Positions 35,688-44,431 of a stretch of DNA of 64,000 nucleotides are shown in pieces. How positions within the stretch are numbered: position 1 is the first letter of the stretch; each line of letters starts with the position of its first letter. This DNA is from an uncultured Chloroflexia bacterium (GTDB taxonomy: Bacteria; Chloroflexota; Chloroflexia; Thermomicrobiales; Thermomicrobiaceae): positions 10,791-74,790 of the forward strand of contig CAVXNZ010000004.1 of NCBI GenBank assembly GCA_963763185.1, read 5' to 3'. Below the pieces are notes generated by a model that was not told the origin of the DNA, searched no databases, and saw only the letters and a program-made list of their open reading frames with translations. The translations under genes were made by a program, and so were the position numbers.

Positions 35688-37886
35688 ATGCCACGTTGGT
35701 CCGGATTCGACTCTCGCTACTCACGCTGGGATGGTACCCAGGAGATCAACCCGTTCGATGCCGATGCCGTCATGGACGCAATCTCGGACGACGTCCTCTC
35801 GGATGGCGATCTGAATCGCGCGCTGCAACGGCTGTTCCGGTGGGGTGCTCAGCAGCAGGATGGCACCCAGATGCCCGGCATGCGCGACCTGATGGAGCGC
35901 ATCCGTCGCCAGCGCCAGCAGGAGATGAACCGCTATGACCTCGGCTCGATTCTCGACGACCTGAACAAGGCCCTCGATGACGTGATCGACACGGAGCGCG
36001 CCGGTATTGAGGAACGGCTGCAGCAAGGGCGCGAGCGGCTGGAACAGATGCGGCAGAATCAGCAAGACCAATCTGGGCAGGAACAGTCTGGCCAGCAATC
36101 TGGTTCGCAGCAGGCTGGGCAACAGCAGTCCGGCCAGCAACAACCTGGAGGTCAGCAGGGACAGCAATCGGGCCAGGGCCAGATGGGCGAATCCGGCGAG
36201 CCGGGAGACGGCGACGCTGGCGAGTATGACGAGAACATCCACAAACTGCTCGAGCGCATGGCCGCGCGCAACCAGCAGGCGCTCGAGCAGCTTCCAGGCG
36301 ATCCGGCTGGGCGCATCAAAGAGCTAAACGACTACGAGTTCATGGACCCGGCGGCGCGGCAGAAATTCCAGGACCTGCTGGCGTCGCTCCAGCAGCAGAT
36401 GCTGCAGCAGACCTTCCAGGGGATGCAGCAGGCGTTGCAGAACATGTCGCCGGAAGACATGCAGGGTATGCGCAACATGCTGCGGGATCTCAACGAGATG
36501 CTCGAAGAGCGCATGCGTGGTGGCGAGCCCGACTTCGATCGTTTCATGCACAAGCATGGCCACTTCTTCGGTCCGGATATCAACAGCCTCGACGAACTGC
36601 TCGATCACATGGCGAAGCAGATGGCGGCGATGCAGAACCTGCTCGACTCGATGACGCCGGAGATGCGCCAGCAGCTGCAGGAATCGCTCGATGCGGTCAT
36701 GCGCGATCCTGAAATTCAGGAGCAGATGGGCCAGCTGGCCCAGAACCTTGGCCAGATGATGCCGAACAACCCGTATCGCAGCCAATTTGACGTCGGCGGC
36801 AGTGAAGATCTGACGCTGGGTGAGGCGATGCGGTTGATGGAGCGGCTGCGCGAGATGGAAGAGGTGGAGGATCAGCTCAAGGGCGTGCGCGACTGGCGCG
36901 ACCTGGAGAATGTCGACGACCAGAAGATCCGCGAGCTGCTTGGCGACGATATCGGTCAGGATCTCGACCAGCTTCGCCAGCTCACCAAGATGCTCGAGGA
37001 TGCCGGGTACATTCAGCGCACGCGTCGCGGCTACGAAATGACGCCGCTGGGCGTGCGCAAGATCGGTCAGAAGGCGCTAAAAGACATCTTCCAGCACCTG
37101 AAGCGCGATCGATTCGGCGAGCACAAGCTCGACCGAGCTGGCGGCGGCGGCGAGCGAACCGACGACACCAAAACCTACGAATACGGCGATCCGTTCCTGC
37201 TCGACCTGCCCAAGACCGTGATGAACGCGGTGCATCGAGACGGCGTCGGCAGCCCGGTACGGCTGCAGCCGGAGGACTTCGAGGTCTACCGCACCGAGAT
37301 GATGTCGCAATCCTCAACGGTGCTGATGGTCGACATGTCCCGCTCGATGCTCTATAACGGCTGCTTCACGGCGGCCAAGAAGGTAGCGCTGGCGCTCGAT
37401 AGTCTGATCCGCTCGCAATTCCCGCGGGACAATCTCTACATCATCGGGTTCTCGTATATTGCCAGCGAGCTGAAGCCGTCGATGCTGCCGAACATCAGCT
37501 GGGACGAATACAACTACGGCACGAACATGCAGCACGGCTTCATGCTGTCGCGCCAGCTTTTGGCTCGTCACAAGGGCGGCAACAAGCAGGTCATCGTTAT
37601 CACGGACGGCGAGCCTACGGCCCACTTCGATGGGTCACAGGTACGCTTTTCCTACCCACCGACCTACCAGACGTTACAGGAAACCCTCAAAGAGGTGGTG
37701 CGTTGCACCCGGGAGCGCATTACAATCAACACGTTCATGCTCGAGCGGAGTCCATACATGGCTGGCTTCGTCAGCGAGATGGCCAAGATCAATAAAGGGC
37801 GCGCGTTCTTCGCGGAGCCGGATCATCTGGGTGAGTACATTCTGGTCGATTACGTGGCGAACAAGCGCCGGCACGTTTATCAGTAG
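35688..37886 (+). CDS. vWA-domain protein with long helical Q/E/M-rich N-terminal region (BchD/CoxE-like architecture)
   Basis: 732-aa ORF starting 4 nt after the AAA+ stop. MIDAS motif LMVDMSRSM, and VIVITDGEPT in the C-terminal domain. Confidence 0.85.
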   Translation: MPRWSGFDSRYSRWDGTQEINPFDADAVMDAISDDVLSDGDLNRALQRLFRWGAQQQDGTQMPGMRDLMERIRRQRQQEMNRYDLGSILDDLNKALDDVIDTERAGIEERLQQGRERLEQMRQNQQDQSGQEQSGQQSGSQQAGQQQSGQQQPGGQQGQQSGQGQMGESGEPGDGDAGEYDENIHKLLERMAARNQQALEQLPGDPAGRIKELNDYEFMDPAARQKFQDLLASLQQQMLQQTFQGMQQALQNMSPEDMQGMRNMLRDLNEMLEERMRGGEPDFDRFMHKHGHFFGPDINSLDELLDHMAKQMAAMQNLLDSMTPEMRQQLQESLDAVMRDPEIQEQMGQLAQNLGQMMPNNPYRSQFDVGGSEDLTLGEAMRLMERLREMEEVEDQLKGVRDWRDLENVDDQKIRELLGDDIGQDLDQLRQLTKMLEDAGYIQRTRRGYEMTPLGVRKIGQKALKDIFQHLKRDRFGEHKLDRAGGGGERTDDTKTYEYGDPFLLDLPKTVMNAVHRDGVGSPVRLQPEDFEVYRTEMMSQSSTVLMVDMSRSMLYNGCFTAAKKVALALDSLIRSQFPRDNLYIIGFSYIASELKPSMLPNISWDEYNYGTNMQHGFMLSRQLLARHKGGNKQVIVITDGEPTAHFDGSQVRFSYPPTYQTLQETLKEVVRCTRERITINTFMLERSPYMAGFVSEMAKINKGRAFFAEPDHLGEYILVDYVANKRRHVYQ

Positions 37887-37933
37887 CACGCGGGTCACGC
37901 CGCGGCTGACTCGGATGGTGAGGGTCGGGGACG

Positions 37934-38227
37934 ATGTCAGGAAATAACGGGTCCGGAGTCGAGCTCTATCGCTACGAGGACATCCTGCGTGCGATCGGGC
38001 GCTACGTCGACGACCACGGACTGCAGGATGTCGTGCTCCTCCAGCTCGAGGATGGCATTCTTTTGCGCGGATTGGAGCCGTCCGCGGGCTCTGGCGACCG
38101 GGCGCTGGTCGAGCACATGTTCACGGCCAAGGAGATGGTCGAGCACATCTTCACGCCGGAGGACCTGGCACGAATTGCCGAGTCGGCCAAGCGAGACCGT
38201 GGTAAGGGCTCGCCGCTTTTCAGGTAG
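37934..38227 (+). CDS. hypothetical small protein (97 aa)
   Basis: Lies 47 nt after the vWA gene on the same strand, with good third-position GC bias. Contains the internal duplication LVEHMFTAKE/MVEHIFTPED. Confidence 0.6.
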   Translation: MSGNNGSGVELYRYEDILRAIGRYVDDHGLQDVVLLQLEDGILLRGLEPSAGSGDRALVEHMFTAKEMVEHIFTPEDLARIAESAKRDRGKGSPLFR

Positions 38228-38262
38228 AGCCGTCTCCGAGCACTCAAACACGGTTGAAAAGA

Positions 38263-38294
38263 CAAACCCGTGCGTCGCTCGACGTGCGGGTTTG
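38263..38294. terminator. bidirectional hairpin between the convergent plus-strand operon and the ABC importer operon
   Basis: 14-bp stem (caaacccgtgcgtc/gacgtgcgggtttg, 2 G-U pairs), 4-nt loop. The minus-strand tail is TCTTTTCAA and the plus-strand tail is CTATTGCGTT. Confidence 0.55.
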
Positions 38295-38484
38295 CTATTG
38301 CGTTACAGCCGGAACGGTCCGCGCCCGGCATGGCGTCGCAACAGGACATGGTCGCGATGTACTAAGAGCAGCTTGCGGAATGATTGGCGCGGTCGCGACT
38401 GCTGTAGTGTGATGCGCCACCTGACGGCTCGGGAGCAGAGCACCCAGAGGGTACCCGGCTCCCCTACAGACTCTGCTATTTGCT

Positions 38485-39402
38485 CTACCGGGCCCCGCCA
38501 CGCAGCATGTTCGAGAACCCATCCCCGAGGACGCTGAACGAAATGCCGACGATAGCGATGGCCAGTCCAGGAAAGGTCGGCAGCCACCAGGCCAGCGTCA
38601 CGTATTCCCGGGCGTCGGCGATCATCGACCCCCACTCCGGATTCGGCGCCTGCACGCCGAGGCCGAGGAACCCGAGTGCCGCGCCAGCCAGAATGTTGAA
38701 TACCACGACCGACATGGAATAGATCAGAGCGGGTCCGATCACGTTCGGCAACAGGTGGCGCACCATGATGCGGCTGTCGGTGCAGCCGAGTGTCCGGGCG
38801 GCGACGGTGTATTCGAGGTTCTTCGCGGCCAGCACCTCACCACGTATGAGCCTGGCAAAGGCCACCCAACTGACCAGGATCAGCGCGTAGTACATATTGA
38901 GCAGGCCAGGCCCCAGGACCGCGATAATCGCGATGAGCAGCACGTAGAAGGGGAAGGCGACTTGAATCTCGATGATCCGCATGAAAAGCGTGTCGACCTT
39001 GCCGCCGTAGTACCCCGAGATGCTGCCGATCACGATTCCGATCGCCAGTGGAACCAGCGCCGTGATGATGCCGACTCCGAGATCGATGCGTGCTCCATAG
39101 AGGATCCGCGACAGTTGATCGCGACCGAACTTGTCAGTCCCAAGCCAGTGGGCAGCGCTCGGCGCTTCCACGGCTGCGCGATAGTTCTGCTTGAGCGGGT
39201 CGTATGGTGCGAGGAATGGCCCCAACAGGCCGACCACCAGCACCAGTCCGACCATGACGATGCCGACGATAATCGTCGGGTTGCGGCGCGCCTGCTTCTT
39301 TGCACGCATCCACCGAGTCGGCCGTGCTAACTCGCGAGTCGCGAATGCTTCAGCGGTCGTGGTCATCAAAACGTCCTTACAGCGTGATGCGTGGATCGAC
39401 AA
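38485..39402 (-). CDS. ABC transporter permease (DppC/OppC-like)
   Basis: 305-aa ORF, 6 TM, EAA-like loop AARTLGCTDSRIMVRHLLPN. Confidence 0.92.
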   Translation of the reverse strand: MSIHASRCKDVLMTTTAEAFATRELARPTRWMRAKKQARRNPTIIVGIVMVGLVLVVGLLGPFLAPYDPLKQNYRAAVEAPSAAHWLGTDKFGRDQLSRILYGARIDLGVGIITALVPLAIGIVIGSISGYYGGKVDTLFMRIIEIQVAFPFYVLLIAIIAVLGPGLLNMYYALILVSWVAFARLIRGEVLAAKNLEYTVAARTLGCTDSRIMVRHLLPNVIGPALIYSMSVVVFNILAGAALGFLGLGVQAPNPEWGSMIADAREYVTLAWWLPTFPGLAIAIVGISFSVLGDGFSNMLRGGAR

Positions 39403-40315
39403 ACGAGTACGCGAGGTCGGTTAAGAGATAGATCATCAGCACCAGCACGGCGTAGACGAGTGTGAACCCCTGTACGACCTGGTAATCACGGCCCATGATG
39501 GCCGAGATCATCATCGTGCCCATTCCCGGTAGGGCGAAGACCGATTCGATGATGACCGATCCACCGACGAGCCAGCCGAGATAGAGCCCGATGAGCGTCA
39601 CAGTCGAGATCAACGCGTTGCGCAGGACGTGCCTCATCAACACGACCTGACCACGCAGTCCCTTCGCCCGGGCTACTCGCACGTGGTCGGATCGCAACGC
39701 CGCCAGGATCGAATCACGCAGGTTCCGAATGAGTACGGCAGAGACGCCAAAAGCCATCGTTGCGGCTGGCAAGAAGAGATACTTCAGGTTCTCGATCGCG
39801 TTATTGCCGATCCCGCCGACCGGGAAGATCTGAATCTTCACGCCGAGCAGGATCAAGAGCAGAATCCCGATCCAGAAGGAGGGTGTTGAGATGCCGATCA
39901 CCGTGAAGGTGCGGATCGCCTGATCGATCCAGGTGCCTTGTTTCATGGCTGAAAGCACAGCAAGCGGCACCGTGACAACCAGCGCGATGAGCATTGAATA
40001 GGCAACGAGACCAAGCGTGAGTGGCAGCCGTTGACGAACCAGTGTCGAGACCGGCACACGCACGACGGCCGAGCGCCCAAGGTCACCACGGAAGATCTGC
40101 TTCACGAAAATGCCGAACTGTACCGGGAGCGGATCGTTCAGGCCGAGGTGGTCACGCATCTCCGCGACCTTCTCGGGTGTGGCCTGTACGCCCAGCAATG
40201 TGATCGCTGGGTCACCCGGAATCGCACGAATCATCAAGAAAATCAGTACCGCGAGGACCACAAGGGTCGGAATCATCTGGATCAAACGATTGAGAACATA
40301 GGCAGTTCGGCCCAT
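39377..40315 (-). CDS. ABC transporter permease (DppB/OppB-like)
   Basis: 312-aa ORF with RVARAKGLRGQVVLMRHVLRNA. Confidence 0.92.
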   Translation of the reverse strand: MGRTAYVLNRLIQMIPTLVVLAVLIFLMIRAIPGDPAITLLGVQATPEKVAEMRDHLGLNDPLPVQFGIFVKQIFRGDLGRSAVVRVPVSTLVRQRLPLTLGLVAYSMLIALVVTVPLAVLSAMKQGTWIDQAIRTFTVIGISTPSFWIGILLLILLGVKIQIFPVGGIGNNAIENLKYLFLPAATMAFGVSAVLIRNLRDSILAALRSDHVRVARAKGLRGQVVLMRHVLRNALISTVTLIGLYLGWLVGGSVIIESVFALPGMGTMMISAIMGRDYQVVQGFTLVYAVLVLMIYLLTDLAYSFVDPRITL

Positions 40316-40422
40316 AAGTCACTCCCTGGTTCGCGGGATGTTTGCGATTTTAGTCCGCTCGTGTATTGGGGATGACCAGGCGGGGACACGTCCCCGCCTG
40401 GTTCGTGTCGATCGATTCGAGC

Positions 40423-42189
40423 CTACTTCGACTTCCAGAACTCGTGCCAATACGGTCGGCCGAGCGGAGTGCGGTAGTATCCCTCGACGTTGTTCCCGAT
40501 GTAGGCAACGTTCTGGGTGTAGTACAGGTCGATCGTGCCTCCAACGTCGTTGTTGTAGATCTCCTGGAGCTTGTAGTAGAGCTGCTTGCGCTTCTCCGGA
40601 TCCAGTTCCTCGGATGCCTGTTTCACCATGTCCTTCGCATCTTGACTTGGTTCGTAACCACTGTTCATGCGCGGTGTGATGAAGAAGAACTGAACCAACT
40701 GATCGGGGTCGGCCATGCCATTGGTCCACTGGTACCCGGAGATCGCTTCGTAGTTGCTGTTGTACCAGTTGTCGCCGAGGGTTGATGATTCGACCTCTTC
40801 GATCTCCAGCTCGATGCCGATCTCCTGCCACATCTGCTGGGCCAGGACGGCGTTGTCGTTTCCGATCTGCGCGCCACTCGGGTATTGCAGCTTGGCGCCC
40901 TTGTGCCCGTTGGGGTATTTCGACTTGGCGATCAGGTCCTTGGCCTTCTGCACGTCGTAGGGCAATTCCAGGCTCTCGTCCCAGTCCAGTGTCCCTTTCG
41001 GGAAGAAGGAGTTGGCGATCTCAGCGGTACCGGCGGTCGCGCGGTCGATCATAGCCTGGCGGTCGAGCGCGAGGCTCATGGCCTGCCGGACGTTGATGTC
41101 GTCGAACGGCGGCTTGGTCACCTGGATGACCATGAAGTAGACCTGCTGCTGCGGCATCATGACCAGCTGGCCCTTGTTGTCTTTCTGTAGGGAAGCCACC
41201 TGGCTGTATGGCGCTGAGCCCCCGTCGATCTGCCCGGCCTGAACCTGCAGCACCTGGGTCGTGATCTCCGCGACCTGCTTGATGATGACCTCATCGAGGT
41301 AGGGATAGGGTTGGCCATCGGGTGCCATGTCCCAGTAGTCCGGGTTCTTGTCCATGGTGAAGTGATCGTTGCGGACCCATTCCTTGAGCTTGAACGGCCC
41401 CGTGCCGATCGGGTTCGTGAACTCGTCCTTGCCAATCTTCTCGATTTCGGAAGCCGGGAAGACGCCGTTGGAGAGGACCGCCATACGCGCCAGGAAGCTG
41501 GCGATCTTGGTGTTCAGCACGACCTTGACGGTCGAGTCGTCGACGGCGTCGATGCTGGTGGCGTTCTCGAGCTGCCACATGTAGCTGCCCATCGACTTGT
41601 TGCGGTTGAGTGACGCGACGACATCTTTGGCCGTCACTGCGGATCCGTCGTGGAACTTGACTCCCGAGCGGAGGTTGAAGGTGTAGGTCAGGCCGTCGTC
41701 GCTGACATCCCATTTCTCGGCGAGCGCCGGCTCAACGCCAGAGCCGTCACGGTTGGCGCGCGCCATAGCCTCGATCATTGGGGCCATGACGGTTCCATCG
41801 ACAAGTGCCTGCGACCAAATCGGGTCGAGCTTCTGTGGCGAGCTCGTGTAGGCCCAGGTGAGCGTGCCGCCACGAACGACGTCGCCAGCGGGTGCTGTCG
41901 AGCTACTCGACGTCGCCGTGGATGCCGCGGCCGGTGATCCGCTGCTGCCGGAACTCTGGGTGGCAGAGGACGCCGTGGTAGCGGTTGAGCCCCCGGCGGA
42001 TGCCGCAGTGGTCGGCGTATTGTTGTTGCTGCTGCCCCCGCAAGCAGTGAGCAGAGTCGAGATGGTGCCACCAAAGACGGCGAGCCCGCCCATCGCCCCG
42101 GCGCGCCGCAGGAAACTTCGTCGAGAATGTGGAGCCAGCGCCCGATCTATCCGTGCCGCTCCAAATTGGTCATTGTGTTCACCAGTCAT
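40423..42189 (-). CDS. ABC transporter substrate-binding protein, family 5 (peptide/nickel), TAT-lipoprotein
   Basis: ATG at 42189 follows GGAGGAG. Twin-arginine SRRSFLRRAG and lipobox LLTACGG. Confidence 0.92.
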   Translation of the reverse strand: MTGEHNDQFGAARIDRALAPHSRRSFLRRAGAMGGLAVFGGTISTLLTACGGSSNNNTPTTAASAGGSTATTASSATQSSGSSGSPAAASTATSSSSTAPAGDVVRGGTLTWAYTSSPQKLDPIWSQALVDGTVMAPMIEAMARANRDGSGVEPALAEKWDVSDDGLTYTFNLRSGVKFHDGSAVTAKDVVASLNRNKSMGSYMWQLENATSIDAVDDSTVKVVLNTKIASFLARMAVLSNGVFPASEIEKIGKDEFTNPIGTGPFKLKEWVRNDHFTMDKNPDYWDMAPDGQPYPYLDEVIIKQVAEITTQVLQVQAGQIDGGSAPYSQVASLQKDNKGQLVMMPQQQVYFMVIQVTKPPFDDINVRQAMSLALDRQAMIDRATAGTAEIANSFFPKGTLDWDESLELPYDVQKAKDLIAKSKYPNGHKGAKLQYPSGAQIGNDNAVLAQQMWQEIGIELEIEEVESSTLGDNWYNSNYEAISGYQWTNGMADPDQLVQFFFITPRMNSGYEPSQDAKDMVKQASEELDPEKRKQLYYKLQEIYNNDVGGTIDLYYTQNVAYIGNNVEGYYRTPLGRPYWHEFWKSK

Positions 42190-42399
42190 CGCAAGAATCT
42201 CCTCCCGAAAATGATGCTTACCGGTGGCGATCAATCGCCGCAAGAATCATGCACGTCACAGCAGCGCGAGATCATGTGCTGTGGCAGGTGCTCCTTTCTC
42301 TCGCTTCGCCGCCACCTTCGATGTTCTGGCGGCAAGTACCGAACACCGGAGATTGAGTTCGTAGGTCACGTCTGCGGAATGCGCGCGATACGGAATTGA

Positions 42400-42945
42400 C
42401 TAACGCGGGATCGACTGCAGCCGCCTGCTGTCGTCGTCAAGCTCGAAGAGTTCGGCTTCGACTCCGGCCTGCAGCATCCGCTCCCAATCGAACGCGAATT
42501 TGGGAACCTCGAGTATGTGGGCCGTTCGTATCTGCGTGATACCCTCGATCTTCCCGATCTTGTCGAGCAACAGGTGGCGCAGGTGTCGATGCGAGCGCAC
42601 CATCGCTTCGGCGAGAAGATCGAAGGTCCCGGACGCCACACCCATCCACCGGATCTCGTCGAGCGCCACCAGCGCAGCAACGACCTCGTCATGCTTTTGC
42701 TGCTCTGTCCAAATTTCGATCATTACCTGGACCGGTAATCCAATTCGATCTCCGTGCGCAAACGCGGCGACGGTGATGACGCGGTCGCGCGTCATCCGTT
42801 CGATCCGGCGCGCGACGGTGGTTCGTGGAACGTTGAGCGCGCGCGCTATTTCGGCTGTTGGCTTTCGTCCGTCATCTTGAAGTTGAGCAATGATTTTGAG
42901 GTCAAGATCGTCCAACTCATAGTCGTTGGGCACACACGGCTCCAC
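42400..42945 (-). CDS. Lrp/AsnC family transcriptional regulator
   Basis: 181-aa ORF with LDLKIIAQLQDDGRKPTAEIARALNVPRTTVARRI. Confidence 0.9.
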   Translation of the reverse strand: MEPCVPNDYELDDLDLKIIAQLQDDGRKPTAEIARALNVPRTTVARRIERMTRDRVITVAAFAHGDRIGLPVQVMIEIWTEQQKHDEVVAALVALDEIRWMGVASGTFDLLAEAMVRSHRHLRHLLLDKIGKIEGITQIRTAHILEVPKFAFDWERMLQAGVEAELFELDDDSRRLQSIPR

Positions 42946-43230
42946 TCATGAGAACGAACGGGCAAGGTCAGAATGGTCGGATCGTAACAAGAAGATGGGC
43001 GAATGTCAACGAATTCTGGCATGATTGTGTCAAAACGACCACGCGTAGAGACCGCACGGATGGGTCACGCACGAATCGCCGGTCGCAGTTTCGCAACGCG
43101 GAGTTAGCTCGAATGGAGAGGGAGATGGCCATTTCAGGCGAGGGTTTGGCGAGGAACGCCAGCCTGAGTTGCGCTCTCTGGTCCGTATCGAGGAACGGGC
43201 TGGATGAGGACTTGACGTGGTCGTTCGCGT

Positions 43231-44010
43231 CTACGGAATCGCGTAGGTCCAGTCGTCGGTGCCGTATTTGTCGTGGGTGAGGACCTCGGCCGTGCTGAGT
43301 TCTTCATCCGTAAGCGAGTCCTCTTCGGCACCGTAACTGTTGACGAATTCCTCGATCATGCGGTCGATGATAGCTTGTCGAGGCAGGTGCGTTTGGAGCC
43401 GCAGCGGTCCGACGCGTTTGGCCGCGCTGGTGATGCCCTTGTCGCTCAGCTTCTCCTTGCCGATGCGGAGCACCTTGAGCATTCGGTCGGAGTTCAGGTC
43501 GTACGACATGGTTGTGTGGTGCAGGACGGCGCCGAAGCGGCGAGCCTGGGCGGAGCCGCCGATCTTACCTCGACTCGACGTAATGTCGTTGATCGGCTCG
43601 TACCACGCATCGATGCCCAGCGCCTTGAGCGCTCTGATGACCCAGTCGTCGAGGAACGCATAGGAATCGACGAAGGACATGCCTGCCACCAGGTCCGCGG
43701 GAGCGTAGATCGAGTAGGTGATGATGTTCGGCACCTCGACGTACATAGCGCCGCCGCCGGTCATGCGGCGGGTCACCGGAATGCCGAGATCTCTGGCGAC
43801 CCGCTCGTCGACCTCGTTCTTGACCGATTGGAATCGTCCGATCACCACCTCGGGCTCGAGTCGCTCCCAGAAGCGGACGGTCGGCTGACGCTCGCCGGAT
43901 CCGACACCGCGTGTCAGGACCTCGTCTATGGCATGGTTGACCGGCGCGGCAACCGGCTCACCACGAATCAATTTCCAGGGATATTTCGTCCAGCGAGACT
44001 CATCGCTCAT
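43231..44010 (-). CDS. lplA: lipoate-protein ligase catalytic (BPL/LPL) domain protein
   Basis: 259-aa ORF with RRMTGGGAMY and GKIGGSAQ (lipoyl-AMP binding Lys). Confidence 0.85.
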   Translation of the reverse strand: MSDESRWTKYPWKLIRGEPVAAPVNHAIDEVLTRGVGSGERQPTVRFWERLEPEVVIGRFQSVKNEVDERVARDLGIPVTRRMTGGGAMYVEVPNIITYSIYAPADLVAGMSFVDSYAFLDDWVIRALKALGIDAWYEPINDITSSRGKIGGSAQARRFGAVLHHTTMSYDLNSDRMLKVLRIGKEKLSDKGITSAAKRVGPLRLQTHLPRQAIIDRMIEEFVNSYGAEEDSLTDEELSTAEVLTHDKYGTDDWTYAIP

Positions 44011-44281
44011 CGACGGCCCGCTTTACTGCTCTGGCGACGGCCTCTGGCGAAAAGCCGATCATCTCGACTCCCTCGGCAATCGAACTCCGGATCTGTTCGG
44101 CAATCTCCACCTCAGAGGCGTCTGCCGGGAGCCCCTCGACCGATTCGGTGATCTGCGAGAGCGCCTCGGCGGGCTCGAGGAAGAAATCACCGCTGACGAC
44201 GACCTGTCTGAGCCGCCGATCAGCGATCTCCAGGTCGACGACGACCAGTTTGCCGCCGGGTGTCTTGTACTCTCCATGCAT
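44000..44281 (-). CDS. lipoate-protein ligase C-terminal accessory domain as a separate protein (LplB-like)
   Basis: 93-aa ORF overlapping the catalytic gene by 11 nt. Contains YKTPGGKLVVVDLEI....VVSGDFF. Confidence 0.7.
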   Translation of the reverse strand: MHGEYKTPGGKLVVVDLEIADRRLRQVVVSGDFFLEPAEALSQITESVEGLPADASEVEIAEQIRSSIAEGVEMIGFSPEAVARAVKRAVDER

Positions 44282-44431
44282 CGAAATCGATCCTATCTAA
44301 GCGACTTTCCAATCCTATCTTACGACCGGGGACCCGGAGACGGCAATTGGGCCGAGACCGGCGATCCATCACTGGTAACTGTGGAGAGGTTGTCGATGGT
44401 CCGGCGATGCCTGTTGCATGGATATGCGCCG

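Noticed and set aside
35721-36785. Minus-strand ORFs 35721..36242 and 36324..36785 (Leu/Arg/His-rich).
   Set aside because: They are antisense to the Q/E-rich region of the vWA gene. CAG/CTG-rich repeats create long open antisense frames.
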